Positions 19,478-30,568 of a stretch of DNA of 64,000 nt are shown piece by piece. Source of the stretch: Halanaerobiales bacterium (GTDB lineage: Bacteria; Bacillota; Halanaerobiia; Halanaerobiales; M55B127); contig JAXHLT010000003.1 in the NCBI GenBank assembly GCA_034521955.1, forward strand, positions 76,990-140,989, given 5' to 3'. Position numbers and translations under genes: made by a program. How positions within the stretch are numbered: position 1 is the stretch's first letter; each line of letters opens with the position of its first letter. The notes under the pieces were generated by a model. That model searched no databases, was not told the origin of the DNA, and saw nothing but the letters and a program-made list of their open reading frames with translations.

Positions 19478-20386
19478 ATGCTAGATTTAGCAGAAAAAGA
19501 TGCAAAAATATATATAATACTGGCAATAGGTGTGTTTATAATTGCCTTTTCTGGAATAATAATTAAAGTAATAACTGCTCCAGCTTTAATTATTGCTTTT
19601 TATAGGGTGTTTTTATCATCACTATTTTTAACCCCACTTTTTTTAACAAAATATAGAGATTCATTAAAGTACTTTCTAGATATTAGACCAGCAATAGTTG
19701 GCTTTTTATTAGCCTTACACTTTTTTGCCTGGATATCTGCAGTACAGTTTACCAATGTTGCAAATGCAGTCATATTTATTGCAATTCAACCCCTTTTCAC
19801 ACTGCTTTTAGAGTATTTATTTGCAAGAGAAGATATCAGAAAAGGAGCAATTGCAGGAGTTATTTTTGCATTAATAGGTAGTATAATAATCAGTTATTCT
19901 GATTTTAATATAATATTAACTAGATTTTATGGAGATATGTTAGCAATATTAGCTGCTTTTTTAGCTGCTTGTTATTTGTTTTTGGGAAGAAGTTTTAGGA
20001 AAAAGATTGAGTATATTCCTTACATATATATTGTTTATACATACTGTGCTTTCTTTTTATTTATATTTGTATTGATATCTGGTAAACCATTTACAGGATA
20101 TAGCAATATTAATTACTTTTATATTTTATTACTTGCCTTAGGTCCAACATTAATAGGTCATTCTATATTAAATCTATCAATTAGATATGTACCTGCAACA
20201 ATTGTTTCACTTGCAATTTTAGGTGAACCTATAATGACTACACTATTAGCTGTTATAATATTAAAAGAAACATTAACTACTGCTACAATGATTGGTGGAT
20301 CTTTAATACTTTATGGTATATTTAAAGCTATTAATCAAACGAGAAATAATAATAAAAAATTAAATGAGGGTATTAGTGATGTCTAA
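19478..20386 (+). CDS. EamA/DMT-family transporter
   Basis: It is 302 aa with about 10 hydrophobic segments and a duplicated EamA architecture. Confidence 0.75.
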   Translation: MLDLAEKDAKIYIILAIGVFIIAFSGIIIKVITAPALIIAFYRVFLSSLFLTPLFLTKYRDSLKYFLDIRPAIVGFLLALHFFAWISAVQFTNVANAVIFIAIQPLFTLLLEYLFAREDIRKGAIAGVIFALIGSIIISYSDFNIILTRFYGDMLAILAAFLAACYLFLGRSFRKKIEYIPYIYIVYTYCAFFLFIFVLISGKPFTGYSNINYFYILLLALGPTLIGHSILNLSIRYVPATIVSLAILGEPIMTTLLAVIILKETLTTATMIGGSLILYGIFKAINQTRNNNKKLNEGISDV

Positions 20387-21335
20387 TAAAAGATTTAATA
20401 TATTTAAAAATAAATATACTGTTGTACTGTTAGCAATTATTGCCTGTATTTTATGGGGGAGTGCTTTCCCTTCATTAAAAGTTAGTTATTCTTTGCTTAA
20501 TATAGAAAAAAGTGGTCCGTTTACAAAAATGCTATTTGCGTCTTTTAGATTTATGTTGGCATCTTTTATGTTACTTATGTTTATTATTATTAAATCAGGA
20601 TTTAAGAAGTTAAAATTGAAAAAAGAAGTTTATTATAAGTTACTAATTTTAGGTTTAATTCAAACTTTTGCTCAATATGCATTTTTTTATAATGGACTTG
20701 CTAAGACTACAGGTGTAAAGGCTTCTATATTAGTTACTTCAGGAATATTTTTTACTGTTATTGCGTCACATTTTCTATATTCAGATGACAAGTTAAATAA
20801 AATCAAGTTGTTTGGATTAATCTTAGGATTTAGCGGAGTTATAATTATTAATTTAAGTAGAGGTAATTTGAATTTTGTCTTTAATTTAACTGGTGAAGGC
20901 TTCATTATAATGACAGGTGTAATGAGCACAGTAGCTATTTTATATGTTAAACACCTTTCTGATAGTATTGATACTATGATTATTACAGCTTATCAGATGT
21001 TATTTGGATCTGTAACTTTATTTATGGTTTCTTTAATTGGTACTGATATTAATTCTGTTAAGTTTAATACTAATAGTGCACTTTTGTTAGTTTACTTAGC
21101 TTTTATATCAGCTGCAGCATTTGCATTATGGTATAGTCTAATAAAATATAATAAGGTGGGTTATATTACAATCTATAAATTTATTACACCAGTTAGTGGG
21201 GTATTTTTATCTGCTTTCTTTTTAATTAATGAATCAATAAATTTATATGCTGTAATTGCACTTGTTTTAGTATCAATTGGAATTGTAATTATAAATATGC
21301 CGGAAGGATATTTATCAAAAAGAGCTGTTAAATAA
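20379..21335 (+). CDS. EamA/DMT-family transporter
   Basis: It is polytopic with an ILWGSAFP N-terminal motif. The start is uncertain (ATG 20364 or 20379). Confidence 0.72.
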   Translation: MSNKRFNIFKNKYTVVLLAIIACILWGSAFPSLKVSYSLLNIEKSGPFTKMLFASFRFMLASFMLLMFIIIKSGFKKLKLKKEVYYKLLILGLIQTFAQYAFFYNGLAKTTGVKASILVTSGIFFTVIASHFLYSDDKLNKIKLFGLILGFSGVIIINLSRGNLNFVFNLTGEGFIIMTGVMSTVAILYVKHLSDSIDTMIITAYQMLFGSVTLFMVSLIGTDINSVKFNTNSALLLVYLAFISAAAFALWYSLIKYNKVGYITIYKFITPVSGVFLSAFFLINESINLYAVIALVLVSIGIVIINMPEGYLSKRAVK

Positions 21336-21355
21336 GGAAAGGGGAAGTTAAGTTC

Positions 21356-22009
21356 ATGAAAAAAAGTATTTTTAATAAATCAAAGGAATTAGAAAAAGAT
21401 ATAAATGAATATCTAGATAATGTTGAGGAAGCTTTACTTATCTTTAAAAGAGACATTAACCGTTATTTTGATGGTCATTATGATTTGTTCGAGGAAAGCT
21501 TAGATGATATTTTAGAAATAGAAAATAAAGCTGATAAACTGTTAAAAGATATAAAATATAAACTGTACACCTATATGTTAATTCCGGAAGCAAGAGGAGA
21601 TGTTTTAACTTTACTTGAAACAATGGATAATGAAGTAGATTTATGTAAAAAAGTATTGATGCAGTTTTCAATTGAAAAACCAGAAATAAGGGAATTTGTT
21701 TTAGCAGAGTTTAAAGATTTAACAAAACAGTCTCTTAGCTCAGCTGAGGAAGTAGTTAAGGGTATAAGAACATACTTTGAAGAAATATCAATGGTCAACG
21801 ATTATGTCAATAAAGTAAATTTTTACGAACATGAAGCAGATAAAATAGAAGAAAGAATTAAAAGAAAAGTTTTTCAAACCGATGAAATAGATGAGTTTTC
21901 TAAACGAGTTCATTTAAGACATTTTTCAGAAAGGATTGCTTATTTTTCTGATTTAGCAGAAGAGATTAGTGAAAAATTATCTGTAGCTGCAATTAAAAGA
22001 TCAATTTAG
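21356..22009 (+). CDS. DUF47 / PhoU-like phosphate-transport regulator family protein
   Basis: This 217-aa helical protein lies immediately upstream of a PiT transporter, which is the classic DUF47-PiT pair. Confidence 0.75.
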   Translation: MKKSIFNKSKELEKDINEYLDNVEEALLIFKRDINRYFDGHYDLFEESLDDILEIENKADKLLKDIKYKLYTYMLIPEARGDVLTLLETMDNEVDLCKKVLMQFSIEKPEIREFVLAEFKDLTKQSLSSAEEVVKGIRTYFEEISMVNDYVNKVNFYEHEADKIEERIKRKVFQTDEIDEFSKRVHLRHFSERIAYFSDLAEEISEKLSVAAIKRSI

Positions 22010-22030
22010 TTCATATTATAGTAGGAAGGA

Positions 22031-23083
22031 TTGAGCAGGATGGTATCTTTACTATTTATCTCAAGTGGTTTGTTTTTAGGTTGGTCTTTAGGTGCTAATG
22101 ATGCAGCTAATTTATTTGGCACGGCTGTATCTACAAAAATGGTTAGATTCACTACAGCAGCAGTAATTATAAGTATATTTGTAATTATTGGTGCCGTATT
22201 TAGTGGAGCCGGAACAACCGAAACACTGGGTGCTTTAGGTGATGTTAATACCTTACCAGGAGCTTTTATAGTTGCTTTAGCTGCTGCAATAACAGTATAT
22301 TTAATGACTAACTATAAACTACCTGTCTCAACTACACAGTCTATTGTAGGGGCAATAATCGGCTGGAATTTATTTAGTGGATATGGTACTGAGTTGGGAG
22401 TACTAACTAAAATTGTTGGAACCTGGATATTTTCTCCATTGTTATCAGCTGTTTTTGCAATAATCTTTTTTAAATTTGCCGAGTATATTATAAATAATGT
22501 TAAAATACATTTATTTAAGATAGATATGTATAATAGAATTGGATTGATTATAGTAGGAGCCTTTGGAGCATATAGTTTAGGAGCAAATAATATTGCTAAT
22601 GTAATGGGGGTTTTTACGAAGAATTCTCTTATTGGAGAATTAGATTTAAAAATCATAACTCTTTCTAGTACACAAGTACTATTTCTTTTAGGGGGGATAG
22701 CTATTTCAATTGGGGTTTTTACTTACTCTAAGAGAGTTATGACCACTGTAGGGAAAAACATTTTCAATATATCCCCAGTGGCCTCTCTCATAGTTGTTCT
22801 GTCAAGTTCTGCAGTCTTATTTATTTTTGCGTCAGAGGGACTGCAGTCTATATTAATCACCCTTGGTTTACCAACCATACCTTTGGTGCCAGTTTCTGGA
22901 TCACAGGCTGTTGTCGGAGCCGTGATAGGAGTAGGGTTGGCAAAAGGAGGGAGAAACATTAATTATAGGTTATTAGGTAAAATAGGAATTGGATGGTTAT
23001 TAACCCCACTTTTAGCCTTAGTTATTTCATATATAGCACTATTTTTTATGCAAAACGTGTTTATGCATCAAGTGTTTGTGTAG
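22031..23083 (+). CDS. Inorganic phosphate transporter, PiT family
   Basis: The PiT signature GANDAAN appears twice (WSLGANDAANLFG and SLGANNIANVMG). An alternative ATG start exists at 22040. Confidence 0.85.
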   Translation: MSRMVSLLFISSGLFLGWSLGANDAANLFGTAVSTKMVRFTTAAVIISIFVIIGAVFSGAGTTETLGALGDVNTLPGAFIVALAAAITVYLMTNYKLPVSTTQSIVGAIIGWNLFSGYGTELGVLTKIVGTWIFSPLLSAVFAIIFFKFAEYIINNVKIHLFKIDMYNRIGLIIVGAFGAYSLGANNIANVMGVFTKNSLIGELDLKIITLSSTQVLFLLGGIAISIGVFTYSKRVMTTVGKNIFNISPVASLIVVLSSSAVLFIFASEGLQSILITLGLPTIPLVPVSGSQAVVGAVIGVGLAKGGRNINYRLLGKIGIGWLLTPLLALVISYIALFFMQNVFMHQVFV

Positions 23084-24374
23084 AAACATCCATATTGGGT
23101 TGGACTTTTTCATTGTGATAATTTAATTTTTGCATTGCGGGAATTTTTGCAATATATAAAGATAATCCTAATGAAGCTATTCCTGCCCCTAAAAATAAAG
23201 TATAGACGAAAACTATATCAAGTAAGTAGCCGGTTAAAGCCACTGAAATTGGTACTAAAGCCTGGGACATTGTTGATAAGAGCCCCGTGATTCTTCCCCT
23301 TAAATTATCAGGTATTAATCTTTGGAGTAAGATACTAATTGGTACATTAACAACTGCATTTAAAATACCGATTATAAATAAGATTAACATTAATGAATAA
23401 TAAATTGTCATTATTGAAGCATTTTCAATAAAATAAGGTAATAGAGGTACTGCAACTATTATCATTAAGAGGCTTTGAAAACTAAGAGAATAAAATAGGA
23501 CTTTAAAATAATTTCTAATTTCAGGGATTTGACTTAAAATTATAGAACCAATTACAGCCCCAGCTGGAAAAATAGATTGAGCATATCCATAGAGTTGACT
23601 GTTTACTCCTAACAATTCCTTATAAACAAAAGGAAGTCCCAAAATTACTAAACCGGTCCAGATAAAATTTAAAAAAAGCGCTATCGTAAAAAGAGATACA
23701 AGTTCTTTTTTCTGCCATAAAAAGTTAAATCCAAACTTAATTTCATTAAGTATAGTTGAACTTTTTTCTATTTCTTTTTCGATCTTCACGGCTGGAATAT
23801 TTATAAATATTTCAGAAAAAGCAGAAAGCAAAAATGAGATACCGTTGATAAAAAAGACCCCTGCTATACCAAAACCAGCTATTAAAATGCCTCCTACGGC
23901 TGCCCCGATAATTTGGGTGAAATTCATACTAAAATGGTTAAGCGAATTTGCCTTTTGTAAAAGTTTATCATCCACAATATTTGGTATGGAAGCAGTAACA
24001 GCAGGATTAAAAAAGGAAGTACAGATTGCTATTAAGACAGTAGCTAAACCAATATGAAAAAAGTTAGCAGTACCTATGTAAATAGTATAACCAAGCCAGA
24101 GGACAATTAAACCTCTTAATATATCCATATATATTATTAATTTCTTACGATCAAACTTATCAGCAAATACACCACTAAAAGGTCCAATTATAACTCCTGG
24201 TAAAGTAGATAAAAGTAATATCAGACCGGTAGCCGAACCACTCCCGGTTATATCTAACACAAACCAGACTAGGGCTATATAATGGATACCATTACCTATT
24301 CCAGAAATAAAACCGCCAAAAAATAATAGGATAAAATCTTTGTTTTTTAAAAGTTTCAAATTGGTTTTTTTCAT
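23061..24374 (-). CDS. MFS transporter
   Basis: It has 12 predicted TM segments and the loop motif GVFADKFDRKK. ATG at 24374 follows GGAGG. Its 3' end overlaps the convergent PiT gene by 23 nt. Confidence 0.8.
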   Translation of the reverse strand: MKKTNLKLLKNKDFILLFFGGFISGIGNGIHYIALVWFVLDITGSGSATGLILLLSTLPGVIIGPFSGVFADKFDRKKLIIYMDILRGLIVLWLGYTIYIGTANFFHIGLATVLIAICTSFFNPAVTASIPNIVDDKLLQKANSLNHFSMNFTQIIGAAVGGILIAGFGIAGVFFINGISFLLSAFSEIFINIPAVKIEKEIEKSSTILNEIKFGFNFLWQKKELVSLFTIALFLNFIWTGLVILGLPFVYKELLGVNSQLYGYAQSIFPAGAVIGSIILSQIPEIRNYFKVLFYSLSFQSLLMIIVAVPLLPYFIENASIMTIYYSLMLILFIIGILNAVVNVPISILLQRLIPDNLRGRITGLLSTMSQALVPISVALTGYLLDIVFVYTLFLGAGIASLGLSLYIAKIPAMQKLNYHNEKVQPNMDVSTQTLDA

Positions 24375-24617
24375 AACATTGCCTCCATAAATCAAATTCT
24401 ATAATCATTATAAGTAAAAAATTAAAATATGTCAAGATAATAATTAATAATATTAATAAATACATTTAAAAAATCAAACAAATTATTAACATTATTAAAT
24501 ATTTTAATTTTATTTGTCTTCATTTAATAAAGGATTTAAGGGGTCATTGTAGAAATTATAAAACTACAGAGTATAAAAAATTATTTTTAATTATTAATAA
24601 ATCAGGGGGGATAAAAA

Positions 24618-25862
24618 TTGAAAACACTTGCTTTAATTCTTGCTGGTGGAAGGGGCTCAAGATTAGATATATTATCTGAACATAGAGCTAAACCCAGTGT
24701 CCCTTTTGCTGGTAAGTACAGACTAATTGATTTTGCATTAAGTAACTGTGTTAATTCAGGAATATATAATGTTGCTGTACTTACTCAGTATCTGCCTTTA
24801 TCTTTAAATGATCACATTGGTATTGGTAAACCGTGGGATTTAGACCGTAAATATGGTGGTATAACAATTTTGCAACCATATACAGGAAAAGAGGGTGGAT
24901 GGTATAAAGGAACTGCACATGCAATATATCAAAACATGAGTTATCTTAGAGGTCAAGATGCTGAATATGTATTGATTTTATCAGGTGATCATTTATATAA
25001 AATGAACTATGATAAAATGGTTGAAGAACATATAGATCGAAATGCGGATCTGACAATAGCTGCTCAAAGAGTTCCCAAAGAAGAGGCCAGTAGGTATGGT
25101 ATTTTAGATACCGATAAAATCGGAAAAATAACAGATTTTTTGGAAAAACCAGAAAATCCTCCTAATAACTTAGCTTCAATGGGGATTTATGTATTTTCAA
25201 AAGATGTATTGGTTAATGCATTGAAAAGATACTGTAGTGCTGAAAAATCAGACTTTGGGCATCATGTAATACCACCGATGATTGAAAACAATTCTGTTTA
25301 TGCCTATGAATATGAAGGTTATTGGCGTGATGTTGGGACATTAGAGTCTTTTTGGGAAACAAGTCTGTCTTTAACTGAACCTTTACCGGAATTAAATCTT
25401 TATGACAATGATTGGAAAATTCATACTAAAAGTGTTGAAAAACCTCCGGTTAAGTTTGGACCAAATGGTAAGGCGTCTAATAGTCTTTTATCAAATGGTG
25501 CAATTATAAATGGAGTTGTTAAAGATTCAGTAATTTCACCGGGAGTTTATATTGAAGAAGGTGTAGTTGTTAAAGATTCAATTATATTTAATGATGCACA
25601 TATAGAGGAAAATACAGTTATTGATAAATGTATTTTAGATAAAGAAGTAAAAGTGGGTAAAAATTGTCACATTGGTTTTGGAGATGATCTTACCCCAAAT
25701 GATGAAAAACCAGACCTTTTATTTAATGGTCTAAATATACTTGCAAAAAGGGCAGTAATCCCTGATAATATTCAGATCGGAAGAAACTGCCGTATAATGT
25801 CTTATACAAGACCAAAAGATTTTGATGAAAAAACAGTTAAAAGTGGAAGTACAATAGGTTAA
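24618..25862 (+). CDS. glgC: Glucose-1-phosphate adenylyltransferase
   Basis: The N-terminus is ALILAGGRGSRL and a C-terminal left-handed beta-helix repeat region follows. TTG start after GGGGGG. No other glg genes are adjacent. Confidence 0.85.
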   Translation: MKTLALILAGGRGSRLDILSEHRAKPSVPFAGKYRLIDFALSNCVNSGIYNVAVLTQYLPLSLNDHIGIGKPWDLDRKYGGITILQPYTGKEGGWYKGTAHAIYQNMSYLRGQDAEYVLILSGDHLYKMNYDKMVEEHIDRNADLTIAAQRVPKEEASRYGILDTDKIGKITDFLEKPENPPNNLASMGIYVFSKDVLVNALKRYCSAEKSDFGHHVIPPMIENNSVYAYEYEGYWRDVGTLESFWETSLSLTEPLPELNLYDNDWKIHTKSVEKPPVKFGPNGKASNSLLSNGAIINGVVKDSVISPGVYIEEGVVVKDSIIFNDAHIEENTVIDKCILDKEVKVGKNCHIGFGDDLTPNDEKPDLLFNGLNILAKRAVIPDNIQIGRNCRIMSYTRPKDFDEKTVKSGSTIG

Positions 25863-25877
25863 TGGAGGAATTATAAA

Positions 25878-26747
25878 ATGTTAAATCCAGTTCCAAAAGT
25901 TGCAGCAATCCATGATTTGTCAGGTTATGGCAGGGGTTCTCTAACTACAGTGATTGAGGTTTTAGCAACGATGGGAATACAACCTTGTCCTTTACCAACT
26001 GCCGTACTTTCGACACATACTGGTGGTTTTAAAGACTATAAATTTATTGATCTAACAGAAGAACTTCCAGAATATATAAACCATTGGGAAACTTTAAACT
26101 TAGATTTTGATGCAATTTACAGTGGATTTTTAGGTTCGACTAACCAGGTAGATATTGTAATAGATTTTATAAAAAGATTTAAAAGAGAAGAACAATATGT
26201 TATTATAGACCCAGTATTAGGGGATAATGGTCAGACCTATGACACATTTGGACCGGCTATGGTTAAAAAAATGAAATCATTGGTTAAAGAAGCTGATATT
26301 ATAACACCTAATATTACAGAAGCACAGTTTCTTTTAGACAAAAAAGAAAATTTAATAAACAATGATAAAGTAGCAAAAAATTGGCTAAAAAAATTATCCG
26401 ATTTTGGACCAAATGTGGTTGTAATAACCAGTGTACCAGGTTATAAAGATAAAGAAAAAACATCTGTATTAGGCTATGATAAAAATGATAATCGTTTTTG
26501 GAAAGTGGACTGTGATTATATTCCTGCTAATTTTCCGGGAACAGGTGATTTGTTTACCAGTATATTAGTAGGCAGTATTCTAACAGGGGATAGTTTACCG
26601 ATGGCTATTGATAGAGCTGTTCAGTTTATATCATTGGCTGTTAGAACTACTTATGGTTATGATTTTCCAGAAAGAGAAGGTGTGTTATTAGAAAGAATAT
26701 TAGGTAATTTAAATTTACCAATACATGGTAAAAGCTATGAATTATAA
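25878..26747 (+). CDS. pdxK: Pyridoxal/pyridoxamine kinase (ribokinase superfamily)
   Basis: Motifs AIHDLSGYGRGS, ITPNITEA and the GTGDLF anion hole are present. Confidence 0.75.
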   Translation: MLNPVPKVAAIHDLSGYGRGSLTTVIEVLATMGIQPCPLPTAVLSTHTGGFKDYKFIDLTEELPEYINHWETLNLDFDAIYSGFLGSTNQVDIVIDFIKRFKREEQYVIIDPVLGDNGQTYDTFGPAMVKKMKSLVKEADIITPNITEAQFLLDKKENLINNDKVAKNWLKKLSDFGPNVVVITSVPGYKDKEKTSVLGYDKNDNRFWKVDCDYIPANFPGTGDLFTSILVGSILTGDSLPMAIDRAVQFISLAVRTTYGYDFPEREGVLLERILGNLNLPIHGKSYEL

Positions 26748-26799
26748 ATAACTTAATAGTTATTATAATAAATAAAATACTACAATAGGAGGTTTTATA

Positions 26800-28770
26800 G
26801 TGCTTAAAGAAGTTGCAAATATCGTTAGAGGTTTATCGGTCGATGCAGTTGAAAAAGCAAATTCAGGTCATCCGGGAATGCCGGTTGGCTGTGCAGAAAT
26901 AGGTTCATTACTTTATGGTGAGGTTTTAAAACACGATCCTGATAGTCCAAATTGGCCAGATAGGGATCGTTTTGTACTGTCGGCAGGTCATGGTTCTATG
27001 TTGTTATATTCACTATTACATCTAAGTGGATATGATTTAAGCTTAAAAGATTTAAAAAACTTTAGGCAGTTAGGTTCAAAAACACCAGGTCATCCTGAAT
27101 ATATGGAAACAGAAGGTGTAGAAACAACAACCGGTCCATTAGGGCAGGGTTTAGCAAATGCTGTTGGAATGGCTATTACAGAAAGACATCTTGCAGCAAA
27201 ATTTAATAAAGAAAATTATAATATTGTTGACCATTACACATATACTATAATGGGTGATGGTTGTATGATGGAAGGTATTTCATCTGAAGCGGCTTCACTT
27301 GCCGGTCACTTGGGTTTGGGTAAACTAATAGCTATTTATGATGATAATGAAATTTCTATTGAAGGTTCTACTGATATAACATTTACAGAATCTGTTCCTA
27401 AAAGATTTGAATCATATAATTGGCAGGTTATAGATAACGTTGACGGTCATAATATTAATGAGCTTAGAAAAGCTATAATTAAAGCCAAGTCAGATCAAAC
27501 AAAACCAACATTAATTGTTGCTAAGACTCATATTGCTTATGGAGCACCTAATAAACAAGATACTGCTGATGCTCATGGTGCACCACTTGGTAAAGAAGAA
27601 ATAAAGGGATTAAAAGAATTCTTTGATTTACCAACTGATAAAGAATTTTATGTTTCAGATACTGTTAAAAAATATTTTGAAGACAGAAGACAGATATTAA
27701 AAAAAGAAAAACAAAATTGGGACGAGATGTTTACAGAGTGGAAAGAAAAGTATCCTAAACTCTATCTGAAATGGGAAAATGCAGATCAGTTAAAGATTGA
27801 TGAAGATTTAGAAGATAAAATTGATAATTTAGATATAGATACTCCAATAGCAACACGTAAAGCTTCTGGAGCTATTCTAAGAACAATTGCTGATAAAATG
27901 GATTATCTTATAGGTGGATCAGCAGATTTAGCTCCTTCAAATAAGACTTATTTAGATAAGTATCCTGAATTTCAAAAAAACAGTTATGAAGGTAGAAACT
28001 TTAGATTTGGAGTAAGAGAACATGCTATGGGTGGTATTGTAAATGGAATGTCCCTACACAAGGGAGTTAGACCTTTTGCTGCTACATTTTTAGTATTCTC
28101 TGATTATATGAGACCAGCTATCAGATTAGCTGCTTTAATGAAGCAACCTGTTATTTATGTATTTACTCATGACTCTATCTTTATAGGAGAAGATGGTCCT
28201 ACTCATCAACCAGTAGAACATCTTGAAGCATTAAGAGTAATACCTAATTTATCGGTTTACAGACCAGGTGATGCAGACGAAACCAAAAAAGCATGGTTTA
28301 ATGCATTAAAAAGAACTGATGGTCCTACAGCACTTGTCTTAACTAGACAAAGTTTACCTGCTGTTAATAAAGAAAATGGTCTAACTGATTTCAATAAAGG
28401 TGGTTATTTAGTAAGAAGTGGAAACAATGATTATGATTATACATTTATAGCTAGTGGTAGTGAATTATCACTTGCTGAAAAAGTTGCAGATAAACTAAAA
28501 GAAAAAGATATTAACAGTAGAATTGTATCTGTTCCTGAAAGAAAGATACTAGAGAAACAAAACAGTTCATATATCGATGAATTACTTGGTAAGCCAAATA
28601 AGAAGAAAGTTGTTATAGAAGCCGGTGTAAGCAATGGTTGGTATAGATATCTTTCAAATGAAGATATATTAATTACTCAAGAAGAATTTGGTGCTAGCGC
28701 ACCTGGTAATGAAGTTGCAAGTCATTTTGGCTTTGATGTTGAAAAAATTGTATCTAAGCTGTTAAGTTAA
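26800..28770 (+). CDS. tkt: Transketolase
   Basis: Motifs ANSGHPGMP, the TPP-binding GDGCMMEG and THDSIFIGEDGPTHQP are present. GTG start. Confidence 0.93.
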   Translation: MLKEVANIVRGLSVDAVEKANSGHPGMPVGCAEIGSLLYGEVLKHDPDSPNWPDRDRFVLSAGHGSMLLYSLLHLSGYDLSLKDLKNFRQLGSKTPGHPEYMETEGVETTTGPLGQGLANAVGMAITERHLAAKFNKENYNIVDHYTYTIMGDGCMMEGISSEAASLAGHLGLGKLIAIYDDNEISIEGSTDITFTESVPKRFESYNWQVIDNVDGHNINELRKAIIKAKSDQTKPTLIVAKTHIAYGAPNKQDTADAHGAPLGKEEIKGLKEFFDLPTDKEFYVSDTVKKYFEDRRQILKKEKQNWDEMFTEWKEKYPKLYLKWENADQLKIDEDLEDKIDNLDIDTPIATRKASGAILRTIADKMDYLIGGSADLAPSNKTYLDKYPEFQKNSYEGRNFRFGVREHAMGGIVNGMSLHKGVRPFAATFLVFSDYMRPAIRLAALMKQPVIYVFTHDSIFIGEDGPTHQPVEHLEALRVIPNLSVYRPGDADETKKAWFNALKRTDGPTALVLTRQSLPAVNKENGLTDFNKGGYLVRSGNNDYDYTFIASGSELSLAEKVADKLKEKDINSRIVSVPERKILEKQNSSYIDELLGKPNKKKVVIEAGVSNGWYRYLSNEDILITQEEFGASAPGNEVASHFGFDVEKIVSKLLS

Positions 28771-28795
28771 AAATAATCTAAAAAGGTGACCATTA

Positions 28796-30067
28796 ATGAA
28801 CTATCTTAAAGAACTGAAAAATATAACAAAAAAGGATGAAATATATTTAGTCGGAGGTTCTATAAGAGACTATCTATTAAAAAGAACTATAAAAGATATT
28901 GATTTGATAGTTTTTAATGGTATAAAAGAGATTGTTTATGACTTTGCTGAAAAAATAGATAAAAAAGTAATTTTGTTAGATAAAGAAAGAAATATTTTTA
29001 GGATAGTTGTAAATGAAAATATTTTCTTGGATTTTTCAAGCCCTGTAAGCCAAGATCTTTATGAAGATCTCGGCTACAGGGATTTTACTATTAATTCTAT
29101 GGCAGTAAAGTTAGATAAAATTGATATATTTAGCAATCAAATACAGATAAAAGAAGCCGATATAATTGATCCATTTTGTGGTAGAGAAGATTTAGATAAT
29201 AAAGTAATTAGGGTTGTAAAAAATACTGCTATAAAAAAAGATCCATTGAGGATGATTAGGGCTTTTAGATTTGCTAATAATCTTGGCTTTGAGATTGATA
29301 GTAAAACTAAAAGTATAATAGATGAAAATATTAATTTGATAAAGAAAGTAAAAGTTGAAAGAATTAAAGAAGAGTTGATAAAGATCTTTAACTATAAAAT
29401 AAATATTGAAGTTATAAGAGAATTTTTCAAGACAGAAATCATACAAAATATTTTTGATATTAATTTTGACATATCCAATAAAAAAACAATTCAAATTGTC
29501 AATTCATTAGCATGTATTAAAAATAACAACTACATTCATAAATTAGATACACAAAAATATATTTTTGTTTTAGTAATTATATTTTTAGATTCATTAATAA
29601 ATAATGAAAAAGATATTAAATCCATTAAAGAGACGTTATTAACTTATACATTTAGTAAAAATGATGTTATAATAGTAAAAGATTATTTATATGTTTTAAA
29701 TGAATTAATTAATAGAAGATTTGATTATATAAATGATAATGAGTTAATATATGATAAACTTTTTTTAGATGAGGTTAACTATCAAGATATTAAATATATT
29801 ATTAAATGCTATGATTTGAAAGAATATAAAAAAACAACTGAAATAGATAAAATAATAGAAAAATTAATTTTAATGATTGAAAGAACAAAAGATAAGATTG
29901 TAGATGGTTATATGGTCATGGAATTATTGAATATAAAGTCAGGAAAGAAGGTTGGAGAGATCTTAAGGACAATAAAGAAAAAGAGAGCTTTGGGAATTTT
30001 AAAAAACAAAGAAGAGATTATACATTACATAAAAAGCATATCTATAGATAATAAAAATAACCAATGA
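28796..30067 (+). CDS. cca: tRNA nucleotidyltransferase / poly(A) polymerase family (CCA-adding-type)
   Basis: Class II NTase motifs are present: GGSIRDYLL..DIDL, RDFTINSMA and DPLRMIRAFRF. Whether it adds CC, A or CCA cannot be told from sequence. Confidence 0.75.
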   Translation: MNYLKELKNITKKDEIYLVGGSIRDYLLKRTIKDIDLIVFNGIKEIVYDFAEKIDKKVILLDKERNIFRIVVNENIFLDFSSPVSQDLYEDLGYRDFTINSMAVKLDKIDIFSNQIQIKEADIIDPFCGREDLDNKVIRVVKNTAIKKDPLRMIRAFRFANNLGFEIDSKTKSIIDENINLIKKVKVERIKEELIKIFNYKINIEVIREFFKTEIIQNIFDINFDISNKKTIQIVNSLACIKNNNYIHKLDTQKYIFVLVIIFLDSLINNEKDIKSIKETLLTYTFSKNDVIIVKDYLYVLNELINRRFDYINDNELIYDKLFLDEVNYQDIKYIIKCYDLKEYKKTTEIDKIIEKLILMIERTKDKIVDGYMVMELLNIKSGKKVGEILRTIKKKRALGILKNKEEIIHYIKSISIDNKNNQ

Positions 30068-30476
30068 TTGCAATTAATATTCCTAAAAATATTCCTGAAA
30101 ATACTTCAAATGGAGTATGACCAACTAATTCTTTGAGATCCTCTTTTAGAAGTTCTGGCTTTCTATCTGTATTTTTCACATTAAGGTGTTCAATTAAATT
30201 ATTTAAAACATTTGCCTGTTCACCAACAGCCCTTCTTACTCCACTGGCATCATAAGTAACAATTAAAGAAAATATGAGTACAATTGAAAATAAGTCTGAT
30301 TTAAATCCGTATTTTAAACCAATTAAAGTTGCTAATGTTGCAACAAAAGATGAATGTGAACTTGGAAAACCTCCAGATCCAATAATATTGGCTATTGAAT
30401 AAGGTTTAATAGTAAATATTTTTATAAATTGAGCTAAAAATAGAGATGTAATTGATAAAAACAATATTATATTCAC
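30042..30476 (-). CDS. Divergent PAP2 (YuiD/DUF212-like) membrane protein
   Basis: It is 144 aa with GGFPSSHSSFVATLA and ASGVRR motifs. Its 3' end overlaps the convergent cca gene. Confidence 0.75.
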   Translation of the reverse strand: MNIILFLSITSLFLAQFIKIFTIKPYSIANIIGSGGFPSSHSSFVATLATLIGLKYGFKSDLFSIVLIFSLIVTYDASGVRRAVGEQANVLNNLIEHLNVKNTDRKPELLKEDLKELVGHTPFEVFSGIFLGILIAIIGYFYYL

Positions 30477-30568
30477 AATATATCCTCCTTTTAGTGTATA
30501 ATTTATTTTATAATAAATTAATGTATATATTCAAGAACTATTTTAAAAATATTTTTAGGAATGATTAT

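Noticed and set aside
24396-24617. A 220-nt very AT-rich divergent intergenic region (MFS / glgC), considered as a possible ncRNA or riboswitch.
   Set aside because: I found no convincing conserved motif or stable stem beyond weak short inverted repeats. It is most simply two divergent promoters.
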